This document shows, in pieces, positions 1-13,073 of a stretch of DNA of 64,000 nt. The first letter of the stretch is position 1. Each line of letters opens with the position of its first letter. The notes beneath the pieces were generated by a model. The model was not told the origin of the DNA. It saw only the letters and a list, made by a program, of their open reading frames with translations, and searched no databases. Both the position numbers and the translations under genes were made by a program. Source of the stretch: Balanoglossus misakiensis (lineage: Eukaryota; Animalia; Hemichordata); NCBI GenBank assembly GCA_040954595.2, contig CM082577.2, forward strand, positions 19,318,303 to 19,382,302, read 5' to 3'.

Positions 1-1729
1 TTCATATATTCAGGGAGCTAAACACTTGAATATGTATAAGTTTAATGCACGGAAGCCAGGTAGGAAGAATTACGAACGTGTTGCCTGGCGCGGCGTCTGT
101 ATTTGTTCGGCAGCACATTTAGATTTTACGATATTTATAGACTTATCACATGAACTGGCCCGTATAGCCACTTGTAAGAGGTAAAACAGGTCGAATTAAA
201 TTTTTTACTGATTCGCCCGTCCGTCGCTGTAACTTTCTTGTAAAACGAAATTACAAGTGCATGTACTGGTAGTTGTACATATATGAAATAAAAGAAATAT
301 GGTTGACGTTCCATTAGAATATCGGTTGGTAAAATCAATACAAGAAAGGTGGATTTGAAAAGTGGACGTTACACGATCGTGAACGTGTACACCCCCTAGA
401 CCAGTATCCGGTCGGTATCATTACCTGGTCACTTCGTGGAAAATTCGCGATATAGTGATAGTCGCGATATCCACGCGATATTCAAGAGTCACAGTATTTG
501 ATGGGTATACTCATTAGTAATCTGTAGAAGTTTCGACGTCGTACGGGTTGAACTTGAGCAGAATCGCCCGAAAACAAGAGGTGCATACAATTGTTCATTT
601 CCTTCATACTACGCATTTTATGGTAGCTACGCAAGAGTTGCACTTTAAAATTCGGCCTGTCGTCAATATTTTTGAGCTTTTGCACCAAAATTACTGTTCT
701 AGTACTTGTCGAGTCATCATGAACAAATTCATGTATCAGATTTCAAAATTGGCGCAAACATTTACGCGCCTTTCCCGTAGATCGAGAGGGTTGCTTTAGA
801 CCGTTAAGCCGGTCATGTGGACTTGTAATAGAAAAGGCGTGCACTGTGGGCTAGTAAGTCCTGACTTCCCGACCGAGGTGAGGTCGACTTCGTAGCTTTT
901 TTCTTTGAATGAAAGTCTGTATATTCATGATTCTACTGATAAGGAGCCAAATACTTTACACGAATATGCATTCTATTTGAATCTAGCTGTGTTTGTGCAA
1001 CTGATGCAAAGTGACCGGAGAACTGGTCCAAGTGACCGCATACAGGGACGTATGAACGAACGTGAACCATATGAGTGCAAACAACCTGATTCCAACAGCT
1101 GGATAAATAGGCTTTCCAAAAATATATGTCTGCAAAACTCCTCAGGGGGGGGAGGGTTTCGGTCTCTGGCCCATGGACTAATAGACTTATGCGTGAACCT
1201 ATGCGTTTGAACCTTGACCCGACTGACAGCTCAAAGTATGTGGGTAATTTGTTTACCTCTGAAGCTCACGTGGTCTTGAAATAAACAGTCAAAGGTCAAA
1301 AGTGATTTCTGGCTTTACGGGCGACCTCTGGACATCGCCGAGTGAACGTCCAGTCACGTTTTTTGAGACAACGAAGCAATTTCCACGCGTCCAAAGCGAG
1401 CTGCTCACATTTTTAAGCATAAGAAAACTGATGATGACTGTTTAATTGGTAGGCATGGCTTGAAAAGTACGAAACTGCAGACATGCCTTGAGCGAGTTTC
1501 CTCCCTTCCTCTTGTTATACCCAGTACTCGCTGACCGATGTTTACTTTATCAACTTAACCGTGGATGGGGCACACAAATTAAGTCGTTAGCAGGTGAATA
1601 ATGGGAAATGGATAGCTTTTATTCTTGATTAGCAAATGATAGACAGGTGGAGGTAACACAGAAAAATAAACAAGCACAAAAACTGTTCATCAAGTACTGT
1701 TTATTGGGGGAAAATGCAGAAACTCCGCC

Positions 1730-2565
1730 ATTTACAACTTTCATGTTTGCAGCACCCTGTGGTCTCGGTTATCACCGGTTCTGGAGAAGAAGATTTTTGA
1801 AATTTAAGCCAGATTACAGAAAAAAAATTGTCGCAAAAAAACTGCAACTTTGTCAGCATAATTTCCAATTACAAAAATGATGGACAGAAGGTAGTCTACC
1901 AGCATGCCAAATTTGAAGTCGATCTGACTTGTAGTTTCTGAGATCTGAGATTTGCATTTTTTCAGAAAATCCAAGATGGCAGCCAGGTCACGTGACAAAT
2001 TAAAAATTGAAGGGTTCAATGCACGACTACTCATTGACCTTGACCACTGTAGCAAGTTTCAGAAGTGTACCTGCAGCGGTGTCTGAGATCTAGAGCGACA
2101 AAGAAGTGAACCAAGAATAAAGAAAGAAAGAAAAACCCCAAAGAAACCAATAGGGGACCCCTAAAAAAAACCAACGAAACCAATAGGGCCCAAGCGCTCG
2201 CTTGCGCTTGGGCCCTAACAACACGATTTCAAGAGGGTTTCGGAACCCTAAAAATGACGGGCAGAAGGTAGTCTACCTGCACGCCAAATTTGAAGGTGAT
2301 CTGACTTGTAGTTTCTGAGATCTGAGATTTGCATTTTTTTCAGAAAATCCAATATGGCCGCCAGGTCACGTGACTAATTAAGTATTCACAAGTCACTGCA
2401 CATCTACTCATTCACCTTGACCACTGTAGCAAGTTTGAGAAGTGTACCTGCAGCGGTGTCTGAGATCTAGAGTGACAAAGGATGGAACCAAGAATAAAGA
2501 AAGAAAGAAAGAAAAACCCCATCGAAACCAATAGGGCCCAGGCGCTGCAGGCGCTTGGGCCCTAA
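1730..2565 (-). mobile_element. Truncated HINE/Helentron-like copies with hairpin heads
   Basis: Reverse-complement similarity to 16770-17200; internal duplication ~1875-2160 / ~2250-2540; hairpin heads AGGGCCCAAGCG...CGCTTGGGCCCT at ~2185-2217 and ~2533-2563. Confidence 0.7.
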
Positions 2566-3018
2566 TAAAAGCGAGCGTGTTGTCAGATCAGTGGGACTGT
2601 CATACATTACGATCCCCCGGATTACGATAGGCATGATAGGGACATTTTAACGAGCGAGCGTGAAACTGACATGGAAACGATCGACAGTACGGTATAGCAC
2701 AGTGACTGTAGGTAAAGCGAGCGTTTTGCTGTGCTGAACGCATTACCCTGTTTGTTTACAACACACAGCGACTTGACCTGATTCAAACAGTTTACGATCT
2801 CGTGGTTGGACTGACAAAAATGACTAAGAAACAGAACCAAATTAGGAAGTATTATAGGTCTGTCTCCTCGAAGTCGCATATTGTGCAAAACACAAGGCAC
2901 ATCAAACGTGTTGCCCAGACTCCGGAAGTTAGCAGTTCGCTTGCCTGGTTTGAAATGTGCGGCTGTGGTAGAAAATTACCCACTGGACTTTGATGCATGA
3001 GTCGCCCCCCCCCCCCCC
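2563..3018. repeat. Dispersed repeat ending in a poly-C run, second copy at ~55293-55766
   Basis: Near-identical sequence in the same orientation; ORFs 2852..3079 and 55591..55827 translate alike. Confidence 0.85.
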
Positions 3019-3045
3019 ATGGATTCAGGTGTAGTTTCAGATTTG

Positions 3046-5107
3046 AATTAAAGCTGCAAGCAGCATTGAAGGGGCCCAATCATAGAGTTAATAACCATTA
3101 GACTCCATTCAGGGTTGTACCATTCAAATGCGTAGGCTGTATTTGCTCTCGATGTTGAGATATGGGGAAGTAGGCAACCACCCGAAATGCATGTCGTACA
3201 AGTACAAACACAACAACCAAAGGTGAACTTCTACGTTGTAAGTACTTCAGTAAGTACTTCAAAGGTCAGCTGAGGGTACCCAAAAATTAGGATTCTTATT
3301 TGGTTCATATTCAAGACAACGGAAAATCCTCGCCGTTTGGGTTGGTCAAATTAGATATGGCCATAATAATGAGTTACGCAAGTAAGTTACAGGTGGCCCC
3401 AGGAATTTAGCATTTCATGAGGCAGAGGGTCCTACCCTACCCCTCCAAACACCTGGCTATATATGATGTGCATGCTAACATATGGAAAGCAGGTCAATGG
3501 ACACCTGAGGTCACCCAAAAATTTGACAAAAAAATTTCATTCCTGTTTATGTCATGTGCAACAAATCCTACATTTGCAGCCCTTTCACTTTGCCTACCAT
3601 TAGGTATGCACGTAATACATGAATCAAGCAGGTGTCACAGGTATCCCCCTGTATTTGGCATTTCATGATAGTTTCATCCCTCCAAATACCAAAGCTGCAG
3701 TGCTGAGATATGGCACTGTGCGACAAAGGTCATCCAAATCACCTTATACATTTGGGCAAAAACCAACTGACACTTACATTCGTCCCTGTGGAACAAAAAC
3801 CACACATATCGCCCTGTTGGTTAGTGTCCAATTAAATGTACAAAATCAATGACTTAGGCAGGTGCAACAGGTGACCCCCGCCTTTGGTATATCATTATGG
3901 ACCTATCCGTATATCCCCCCCCCCACCACGCCAAAGCTGCATGCATCTGCTATTATTCACTAAGCAAAAGTAGGTGAAATGTCACATAAGGTTGCCCACA
4001 ACTTGACAGGAAAATCGGACTTCATATTGATCCATGTGCAACAAATACCACGCTAGCATCCCTTTCATTGACCCCACAATTACGCATGCACATAATAGAG
4101 TTACGCAGGTGTCACAGGAGACCCCCGAATCGGGCGTATTATTTTGGTCCCATACAGCTGCATGAAGCTGCGTGCCATTACGGGGGACCTGATAACCCCT
4201 ATGGTCTTCTGCGGGCCGAACCCCATACTGAACGTCCAGTTGCAACGTCACGACTGAAGTAGGAACTTTTGAACAGCAACAAAGCCTGATCTCTGATTAT
4301 TGCTGGTACCATACTCCCTTCGTGCAAGAAAATCACTGGTCTGCTTACGTATTTCGGCCAATTTCCCGAACGACTATCCACTACATGTGACTACCATGCT
4401 AATGATGAAACCTCCCACAACATTAGCGACTGAGGGTCAAAGTCCGCTGCCGCATTACATTGAATGTTAACCAGTGTAGCCGGGTCTGCGTAGACACATT
4501 TGAACGGCAACAGCTAACAAACTCAGCGTAATTCAATAAAACACCCTAACACAGCCTGAACTCCGGTAATATGTTGTCCCAAAATTCATTCCGTGAAAAA
4601 AAATCACCGGTCTGTTTACGTATTTCAGCAGATTTTCCAAGGACTGCTGCAACCCGCCTGCTAATGAGATCTCCACAACATTACGTAATGACGGTCAAAG
4701 TCCGATGCCCCAGTGTTCGTCCTCAGCCCACCAAAAAATGCGAAAAATATTACAAAAATCTTCTTCTCAAAATCGACGTGGCCTAGGACCTTGAAATTTG
4801 GCACAGGGGATTTTGGCCACATGGTCTACAATATCGCGAAAAGAATGTACATGCCCCCATTAACGTGCAAATTTGGTCAATTTTAAAATTTCGCTCGATT
4901 ATAGCCACCAAGTCACGTGACTAATTACAAATTCAAAGGACAGGTGCACCAGTACTCATGGGCCCCAACCACCATGCCAAGTTTCATAGGCGTAGGTCCA
5001 GGGATTTTTGAGAAAATCGGGAGCAAAAAAACGACTCAAGAAGAAAGAAGAAAAACTCCAGCAATAACAGAAGGGGACCAAGCGCCTGAGGGCGCTTGGT
5101 CCCCTAA
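3046..5107 (-). mobile_element. Free-standing ~2.06-kb HINE/Helentron-like non-autonomous element
   Basis: One end AAAGCTGCAAGCAGC (short palindrome), other end hairpin GGGGACCAAGCGCCTGAGGGCGCTTGGTCCCC; no TSD or coding capacity; second copy of the body at 35292-37316. Confidence 0.75.
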
Positions 5108-5257
5108 TTATAGCTGCGTTTACTGGAGTCTTCTCGGGGAAAAAGAAACATTAGATGCGTCACTAGTAGGGTTGATAAAATCTTAAGTTGTGCTTAAACT
5201 CAGAAATCTATTAGGCGAAATAGAAAAATAAGAGATCTAATGAATAGAAATTATTTT

Positions 5258-7900
5258 TTTAGGTCCCATTGGTATAGGCATATACAGGCCTCGAACTTTA
5301 CTTTTTGGCTCACCTGCCCAATGGGCAGGTACACTAAACAATTTACCTGCCCAACAATTGTTTTACCTGCCCATGCCAAGTTCACACATTTTTCAGTGCA
5401 GATCGTCATTTACATGTGACCTTCTGCCAAGGGCTCTAGTAACCGCTTTAAATTTAGTATTAAAATTTGGCCCCACACACATAAATGGCCCACCACAAAT
5501 ATATTCTGTATTTTCCCCAGGATGACCAAATTCAGAATTTCAGTTTCAGATCTATCATTCTTAGAAAATGGTTACTGATTAGTTCAAAAACATCCTAAGA
5601 CATCTCAGATTTTGTATCCCGTGTTTTACTGCTATATTGGTGATGGAATTTATTGTGTATTATATCAAATCGCACCAGTGCAAGGTATGAGAAATGCATT
5701 TTGAAAAAAAAAATCGGTTCACCAGTAGAAGTTATGAGAGAAATCTATTTTGAAAAAAAATATCAGCAGGATCAGCTGAAATGTTTTGATTTAAAAATTT
5801 TCCCTTTTCAAGTATGTAATGTCATGTGCTGACTATAGGTGTTCTGGCAAAATACATGAATTATTCACTGCTCTCTGGTCCATCTTGGATGTATTAGACT
5901 CCTGGCAGTGTCCTTGTCTTTCCTTTCCTTTCCTTTCCCACTTTGATGGCACACTAAGTACAAACTTCCTTCTAAGTTTTAGTAAACCCAAACTTTAAGA
6001 CTCATTTTTATTCTATCAGGCAAACTTCAGAAGAACAAAGCAGTAATTTATGCAAATATATCCGAGCTATATTTAGACACGCTTACGCAGTGAGCGCATG
6101 GCCTGGGCATGGGGTGGAAGGGGTCAGGTCGGGTTCACCAACGCGCGCGTACGTTGGCTTCTCCTAATTTACATATCAATCAATGAACTTTAATCGCGTA
6201 ACCCTGCCAGCGCGTTGACGGCCGATTATATCTTCGATAAAATAAGAAAAAACCGCATATAAAGACGCAAAACTTTGTTTTTTTCTTGAAATCTTTCTTT
6301 CTAAATAACTTTTACAATAGAATATTGATTCTGCAGTATGTTTTACTGATTTATTTGTGTATATTCACCGGCCCAATTGGGCCGACAAGATGTGAAAATA
6401 ACTGGCCCACTATAAATATTTACCGGCCCGGTGGGCCGGCGTTAAGTTCGAGGCCTGATATATACCATGGGACCTTATGGGATCGGTTGCGTCTGTATGT
6501 ATGTATGTATGGATGGATGGATGGATGGATGTATGTATGGATGTATGTCTGGATGTCCGTCCACATCAAAAACTTGAAAACTGCTGCGCGTATCACCTCA
6601 ATATTTGGTGTGTAGGTGCAGGCTGGGCTGTAGATGGGAGTTTGTCCAAACGAAGTTGCCAGGCCCAAAAATATGCAAATTAGCTGGAAAAATGTGAAAT
6701 TTATCAAAACTCTGAAAGTCAACAACTACTCGTCAGATTGCTTTAAAAATTGGTACATGTATGCATGTACCATATGTCAACCTCACATCGACCTGTAAGT
6801 GTTAAGTTAATATCATGGATGTTTTATTTTTTATGAATTTTTTATTCTTTTTATTAAATTTATACCTTTACTTATACCTCTATGGTTAAGCTATGTCCAT
6901 GTCTTATTGTGGAATTCTGGTCTGTGCAATAGTCCTGTACAGTGACTGTCTATTGGTCAGTGAGCACAATGGGGCCAAAATAAAAGGCAAAATTTTGGGC
7001 TCACCTGTAACACCTGCTTAACACATTAATTATGTGCATACCTAATTCCGGGCTAACTAATAGGGCTAGAGGTTTCATTCTTGTGGGACATGGACCAGTA
7101 TAGGGTCAAAATTTCTTGCCCAAATTTTGGGTGACCTCAGGTGACCTTTGACCTATTTTCCTATATCTCGGCATCCAGAGCAGGTACAGACTTGGCGTTT
7201 GGAGGGTTGGGACTAAAATTGAAAAGCCAAAATATTGGTCACCTGTGACACCTGCATATCTCATTTATTATGTGCATACCTAATTCCAGGCTAACCAATA
7301 GGACTATAGGTTTGGTTTTTGTTGAACATGGACCAGTATAGGGTCAAAATTTCTTGCCCAAATTTTTCCTGACCTCAGGTGACCTTTGACCTACTTTACC
7401 ATTTCTTGGCATCCAGAGCAGGTACAGACTTGGCGTTTGGAGGGTTGGGACTAAAATTGAAAAGCCAAAATTTGGGGTCACCTGTGACACCTGCATATCT
7501 CATTAATTATGTGCATACCTAATTCCAGGCTAACCAATAGGGCTATAGGTTTGGTTTTTGTTGAACATGGACCAGTATAAGGTCAAAATTTCTTGCCCAA
7601 ATTTTACATGACCTCAGGTGACCTTTGACCTACTTTATCATATCTTGGCATCCAGAGCAGGTACAGACTTGGCGTTTGGAGGGTTGGGACTAAAATTGAA
7701 AAGCCAAAATTTGGGGTCACCTGTGACACCTGCATATCTCATTAATTATGTGCATACCTAATTCCAGGCTAACCAATAGGGCTATAGGTTTTGTTTTTGT
7801 TGAACATGGACCAGTATAGGGTCAAAATTTCTTGCCCAAATTTTGCATGACCTTAGGTGACCTTTGACCTACTTTACCATATCTTGGCATCCAGAGCATG
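5258..7900 (+). mobile_element. HINE-like element: T-tract and hairpin head (split by an insertion), GTAT microsatellite, ~239-bp tandem array
   Basis: AGGTCCCATTGGTATA (5261) pairs with TATACCATGGGACCT (6461); (GTAT/GGAT)n at ~6494-6550; repeat marker GGTCACCTGTGACACC at 7237, 7476, 7715 (period 239). Confidence 0.7.
5285..6457. mobile_element. hAT-like non-autonomous TIR element
   Basis: 14-bp perfect TIR CAGGCCTCGAACTT / AAGTTCGAGGCCTG; subterminal CCTGCCC/GGCCC repeats; only ATATA is shared by the flanks, so no clean 8-bp TSD. Confidence 0.65.
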
Positions 7901-8356
7901 TTATTTCGTGTGGTTATTCCGTTCCTTTCCGCAAATTAGTGTAAGCCGTGATTTATAGCTTGCTGAAACAGTGCGTAGTTTGCCGTGGCTGCCACCACAA
8001 ACTGGAAAAAAGGGGTGCCGCACTGCTATTCAAGTGACGTGCACGCTGACCAGAAACATTTCATTTTTTTGGCCTCAGGTGACAAACCCTAAACTTCTAT
8101 GACAGTACATGGCAAAGTTATGAACTGTTGTGATGCCAACAGTCTAGGAAAATGTCCATACATAGACTGGAAATAAATTTCTTATGCAAATAATTTTGTG
8201 ACATAATGATATTGATTGTTGTATGTACACTTCAAATATGATTAGTACATCTATGTTTTCCCTGCATGTTATGACATACACTCAGTTCAAATAACTTTAA
8301 TTTTGTTATACTATTAAAGATGTGATTTCTCATATTGTATCTTGTGTGTCTCACAG

Positions 8357-8441
8357 TCTACACAGGGGTCAGGATGGGGTCATATGAATATATAAGAGAT
8401 AACATTGTTGGTAAAAGGGAAGATGGAACATTTGAGGTCTG
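8357..8441 (+). CDS. SLC25A27: UCP4-like mitochondrial carrier, internal coding exon A (85 bp)
   Basis: tctcacAG acceptor, GTaaga donor; translates (V)YTGVRMGSYEYIRDNIVGKREDGTFEV(W), similar to UCP4 [29 protein letters not shown]; phase fits the next exon. Confidence 0.9.
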
Positions 8442-8507
8442 GTAAGAACAAGTGTATGCTATTTAAAAGTCATTTTAGTCCAATTTCGTATACCAGTGGG
8501 ACCTTAC

Positions 8508-8630
8508 ATGCATCCCATGTATGTATGTATGTATGTATGTATGTATGTATGTATGTATGTACATGTATGCATGCATGCATGTATGCATGCATGCATGCAT
8601 GTACCGTAATCGTGGCTTCGGTTCGACCAG
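8508..8630 (-). repeat. (GTAT)n/(GCAT)n microsatellite plus HINE-like head
   Basis: Tetranucleotide run; CCGTAATCGTGGCTTCGGTTCGACCA is the near reverse complement of ~10406-10431. Confidence 0.75.
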
Positions 8631-8831
8631 GAAAAAATAATTATGCTTTATGAAAAGACGAAACAATGGGGGTAAAAATGAGTCAAAGTGCCAGAACGAC
8701 CCCCTCGGACATTTATGCCGTCACGTGACCTTAGTCATTTCGAGCTGTTCCCTAAGGCATCATTTCGATCAGTTTCTGCCCGGTACTGTTGCCCCGTCTT
8801 GATATAATTCCGTGTTTGGTGTGTCACAAAA

Positions 8832-9662
8832 CACATGATGACTGACATATTCGGGCAACAGTGTATTTTTGATGACCTCGGGACTGCCAGTCACACAAAA
8901 ACAGTCTATTTTCCCTCGGGCAAACAAGACTGTTTTAGTTGTGACTAGCAGCGCCCTCGGACATCAAAATACATTATTACACCTCACGTATTATACCGTT
9001 TTCGTGATTGGCTGAGACGCGCTCACGTGATATAGAAAAAAAAGTGATATAACATGGCTAGAGTTGATAAAGCCCTGTCGCGTGCGCTGATATTGCCCGC
9101 TGGGTTGTTTTGGTGTTCTGCGCACGACTTCTGCGCGTTCCAAACTGTCGTTCAATGGCTTCCTTCACGATCAGTCAACTCCCGCATCTATATGGCTTCA
9201 AAGCGACACACAGGCTTAACACCTGTTCAACTGGATGATATTTTACTGCAAACGGGCAGTAAATACACCAAAATCGCAACCAACAGCGCAGTATTTTCAA
9301 AATAATCTAAGTTCGAAGTAGGTATCGTATAATTCTTGGGAGATCGAGACATTTTACATTCTCAGCAACGTACGACATATGGACGCGAGTCCACATGCTA
9401 CATGCTGCAGTGTATGTACGTTCAAATGTTCGGCGTAATAAAATTAATAACACATTATGCTCGGGCAACATCACGATTTGAAGCCTGCCCTCGGGCTGGT
9501 GATCTCTGACCACAATATTGATGATACCCTCGCCTGCGGCTCGGGCATCATCAATATTATGGTCAGAGATCACCATCCCTCGTGCAGGCTTCAAATCGTG
9601 ATATTGCCCTCGCTATCATGTGTTATTATTTAACTGTTGCCCTCATTGTCAGTCATCATGTG
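8832..9662 (+). mobile_element. Crypton-like hairpin element (~8966-9632) nested in a second hairpin element
   Basis: Outer inverted arms 8832-8862 / 9633-9662; hairpin 8862-8965; terminal hairpin 9446-9628; remnant MASKRHTGLTPVQLDDILLQTGSKYTKIATNSAV resembles Crypton N-termini (from memory). Confidence 0.6.
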
Positions 9663-9881
9663 TATACTACAGTACCGCCTGTGAGTCTTACAGCTTTGAA
9701 ACCAGTGCGTAATATAAAAGCATATGGGAACACGCTATGAGTTGGTCCCTTGGGACAAAGACGTTTTTAATTTATTAACGCACAGGGATGTATTTTTAGG
9801 CAGACAATGGCGAGACCCAGTTGCCTAGCAATTATCACCATGAACTTTGCTACAAGTTTCACTATCACTTCCACTGGGCGT

Positions 9882-10068
9882 CTCAATTTTTTCAGCAGAG
9901 CCCCAGCTGCAGTAAGTTCCGACTACCTCAAGGTTTTGCCTATAGGTTTTGGGGCTCCTCATTTTACTGATGACCCTCAATTTTTTCAGCAGAGCCCCAG
10001 CTGCAGTAAGTTCCGACTACCTCTAGGTTTTGCCTATAGGTTTTGGGGCTCCTCATTTTACTGATGAC
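9882..10068. repeat. Direct tandem duplication (~94 bp x2)
   Basis: CTCAATTTTTTCAGCAGAGCCCCAGCTGCAG...CATTTTACTGATGACC occurs twice. Confidence 0.9.
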
Positions 10069-10399
10069 CATCAGCAACAAGGGACATTGACCGTTGACTA
10101 AGCAAGCTGGTGCTAAACATAGCTCTTTTCAGAGGGGTAATTTTACACGCAAGCTCATAAGAAACTGCCACTTGTATCCCCTCAATTTTCAGCCAACCCC
10201 CCCCCCCCCCTGTTACAAAATGACCTCTTTCCTGAATTAACTATTCACGCCTGATTTGAGGTCAGACAAGGGTCATTATCCATTCATGGCTGTTTGAGCT
10301 CAGGCCAAGGGGAAAACAGGTTATGCGTTTACGCACTAGGCGAAATTTTAGGGGTTGTAAAATAATTAATTATCGGAAGAATTGCGGGTGGTCGAATTA

Positions 10400-10690
10400 A
10401 TGGTGTGGTCGAACCGAAGGCACGATTACGGTATGTATGTATGTACCTATGGATGTATGTATCTATGTACGTACGTACACATCCAAGCCTTGAAAACTGC
10501 TTCACCTTGATATTTGGTGTGTAGATGCAAGCCAGGCTGCAGATGAGAGTTTGTTCAAAAGAAGTCGTCATGCCAAAAATATGTAAATTAGCTGCGAAAA
10601 AATGAAATTTGTCAAAACTCAGAAACTTAACAACCACTGGTCAGATTTATTTGAAATTTGATATGTATGTACGTTATGTCAACCTCATAC
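10400..10690 (+). mobile_element. Truncated HINE-like element with GTAT microsatellite
   Basis: Body similar to ~6570-6790; short hairpin head followed by GTAT repeats. Confidence 0.65.
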
Positions 10691-10694
10691 ATAA

Positions 10695-11630
10695 TTTCTT
10701 ATCACATTGCTCCGCATATTACCATAGTATGATGTCAGAGGGAGGGTAATATTGATCAAGCGTTATTGTTATTACCATCCCTCTGACGTCACCAACCAGA
10801 ACTATTTTAAACTTGTAAACAAAGTCCCTTCGGATGGCAAAATTCAGTGCAAGTGTTGGTTTTATTTCCATATAAAAAAATAAGCAAAGATAAATAACAT
10901 GGTCATATGTATAAATAAAGACGATTAGTTTTACCCGTGTACCTTTGTTATCGCACCAACCTGCACCTGCAAAACTGTCGCGAAGTCAGAACTGCTGAGC
11001 CAATGGTGTCGCGTCCTCGACCGAGTGACATGCACAAAATTGAGATATTTACGATAAACCAGCTCAATTCAAAATCCATTAAATCACCAAGTAACGAGGT
11101 TACCCAATTGAAGTTGTTTGGAAGCAACAGAGGAAAGTTTTGACGTCAAGCTTTTCATATTTACCACCGGAAACGGGCAGCCAGACAGCACATGTGAAGG
11201 TATTTTATCAAATGAACAAACCGAACACATATCGACCGTAGGCCTTTGCCAGATGAGAGTGTTCACAAAACAGTCTGATCTGAAAGCAAAAGGCAAAAGA
11301 AACTAACACTGCGCTAGTGAAACCTTGACGGACGATGAAATCCAGCTGATGCAGATGGGTCCTCGCAAAAATCTAGAATCGTCCGGTTCGTGACCCGAGT
11401 CACCTGACAGTTAAGACCGCATAACATGGATCTTTAATTTTTCACGAAATAGTTCCAAATTTTATCTTAACCACAAACAGTTTTATTTCAAAATCAAAAT
11501 TAGCGGATCTATGTATGTGATAAACATATAATGCCCTTGTTTTCCTCACTCGTGTACGGCCCCTATACGCGGAATCACTCGTCCGCGATGTAGGCACACT
11601 CGTTCGAAATATGGGGGAATTATATACATT
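10695..11630 (+). mobile_element. Crypton-like remnant with decayed tyrosine-recombinase/DUF3504-type coding sequence
   Basis: ~11260-11360 reads KQSDLKAKGKRN*HCASETLTDDEIQLM, like the KxLKxxGKGNxPxxxxxLTxEEI motif of Crypton/ZMYM-type proteins; short inverted TTATCAC/GTGATAA then a degenerate terminal hairpin. Confidence 0.6.
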
Positions 11631-11840
11631 GCATAAATACCAAAATGGGACCTAAAAATTCTTATTTTCAAAGTATATATATATATATGCCATGTGATGA
11701 TAAAAGTAATGGTTAAACTGGGTTTCCTCTGGGTTTTTGAAAATTGTAGTAAATTAACGAATCCAGATTTAAATTCATTAGTAAATTTGAAAAAAACATT
11801 TAATTAGTAAATTTTATTTATAGGTAGAATCATAAACAAA

Positions 11841-12055
11841 TACACGCATCATTTGCTTACCCTGTTTGTTTTACATGACTGTTCTGTTCATTGATCATTG
11901 TCCCCTACCCCCATTTCGATGGCAAGCATTGTGGACAAAATATATTTTACACGCATCATTTGCTTACCCTGTTTGTTTTACATGACTGTTCTGTTCATTG
12001 ATCATTGTCCCCTACCCCCATTTCGATGGCAAGCATTGTGGACAAAATATATTTT
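11841..12055. repeat. Direct tandem duplication (107 bp x2)
   Basis: TACACGCATCATTTGC...GGACAAAATATATTT starts at 11841 and again at 11948. Confidence 0.92.
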
Positions 12056-12614
12056 ATATAAAATGTTTTTCTTGAAAAAAGAATATTGAGGTCAAGTTGA
12101 ATGAAAAAAAAACGTCATGTCCTGGCTGTAATGCAATATAGTGAGGACCTGGGCATGGCAGAAATTATCAGGTGTTGCTAAAAAATGCAACAGTCGATTT
12201 CAAAGCGCATCAGTAGATCGCTAGAGTGTGTATCAATGTACCCTCAGACAAAATCCTGGGCATTTAGGCGACTTCGATTTTATTGAATTGAACTAAAACT
12301 CACGGTATGCATATTTTCTATGAAACTGATATTCATGAGTTGAAAAACTGCGATCTGATTGGCCAAAAAGTAACCTTTGACACCATATATTAATATTCAT
12401 GAGATTTTCTTTTTGGGCGATCTGGCCGACTGTCTATGATGAGGCTTGTAGAAAATCAGATTTGACTTTCTGTACCTTGTGAACCACAGACACTTCTGAT
12501 GTAAAACATGACTTTTGCTTTAAGATACTCAATAGTTTGATATCAGATCCTTCCACCTACATGTAAGGTCTTTGACATACACATACCCTTTTCTGTTATT
12601 CTGCATGATTTCAG

Positions 12615-12737
12615 GAAAGCTGTGTTGTGTGGAATGACAGCAGGTGGATTAGGTCAGTTTTTCGCTAGCCCAGCAGATCTCGTTAAAGTTCAAATGCAAA
12701 TGGAAGGGCGGAGGAGACTGGAAGGAAAACCACCTAG
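12615..12737 (+). CDS. SLC25A27: UCP4-like carrier, exon B (123 bp)
   Basis: tttcAG / GTaagt; [40 protein letters not shown](R) contains the second carrier signature Px[DE]xx[KR]. Confidence 0.95.
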
Positions 12738-13073
12738 GTAAGTGCACAAACTTTATATTATTGGGACAGTCTTGCATGTTCAATTCTGGAACTCCAACTT
12801 TACTCTACGGGATTATGCTTTCAGAAATTGAGTTTTACCAATGCTTAACTTGATTATGATAGGTGGGTAGCAAGTCTTTAGCAAGTCCTGTATAGCACCA
12901 TTGTGTTACCGGATTTTACTGAGTTCGCCCAGGGCCGTTATACAGAAAATGGCTACATTGTATGGTGTACATGTGGAGCTAATTAACTGTCCAGGGCCGT
13001 TAATCGACATTAATCTTTACAGCCCTGATACGTATCAGGGCCGTAAAGGTTCTATCATATGCCTTATTTACTA

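Noticed and set aside
6286-6725. ORFs rich in MYVW/YIHT (also 8405-8666)
   Set aside because: Microsatellite translations.
1-8356. Search for the first UCP4 coding exons (and 61026-64000 for the last)
   Set aside because: No PLDxxKxRLQ-type or PWSxxFWxTYE-type exon recognised by eye; presumed outside the window.
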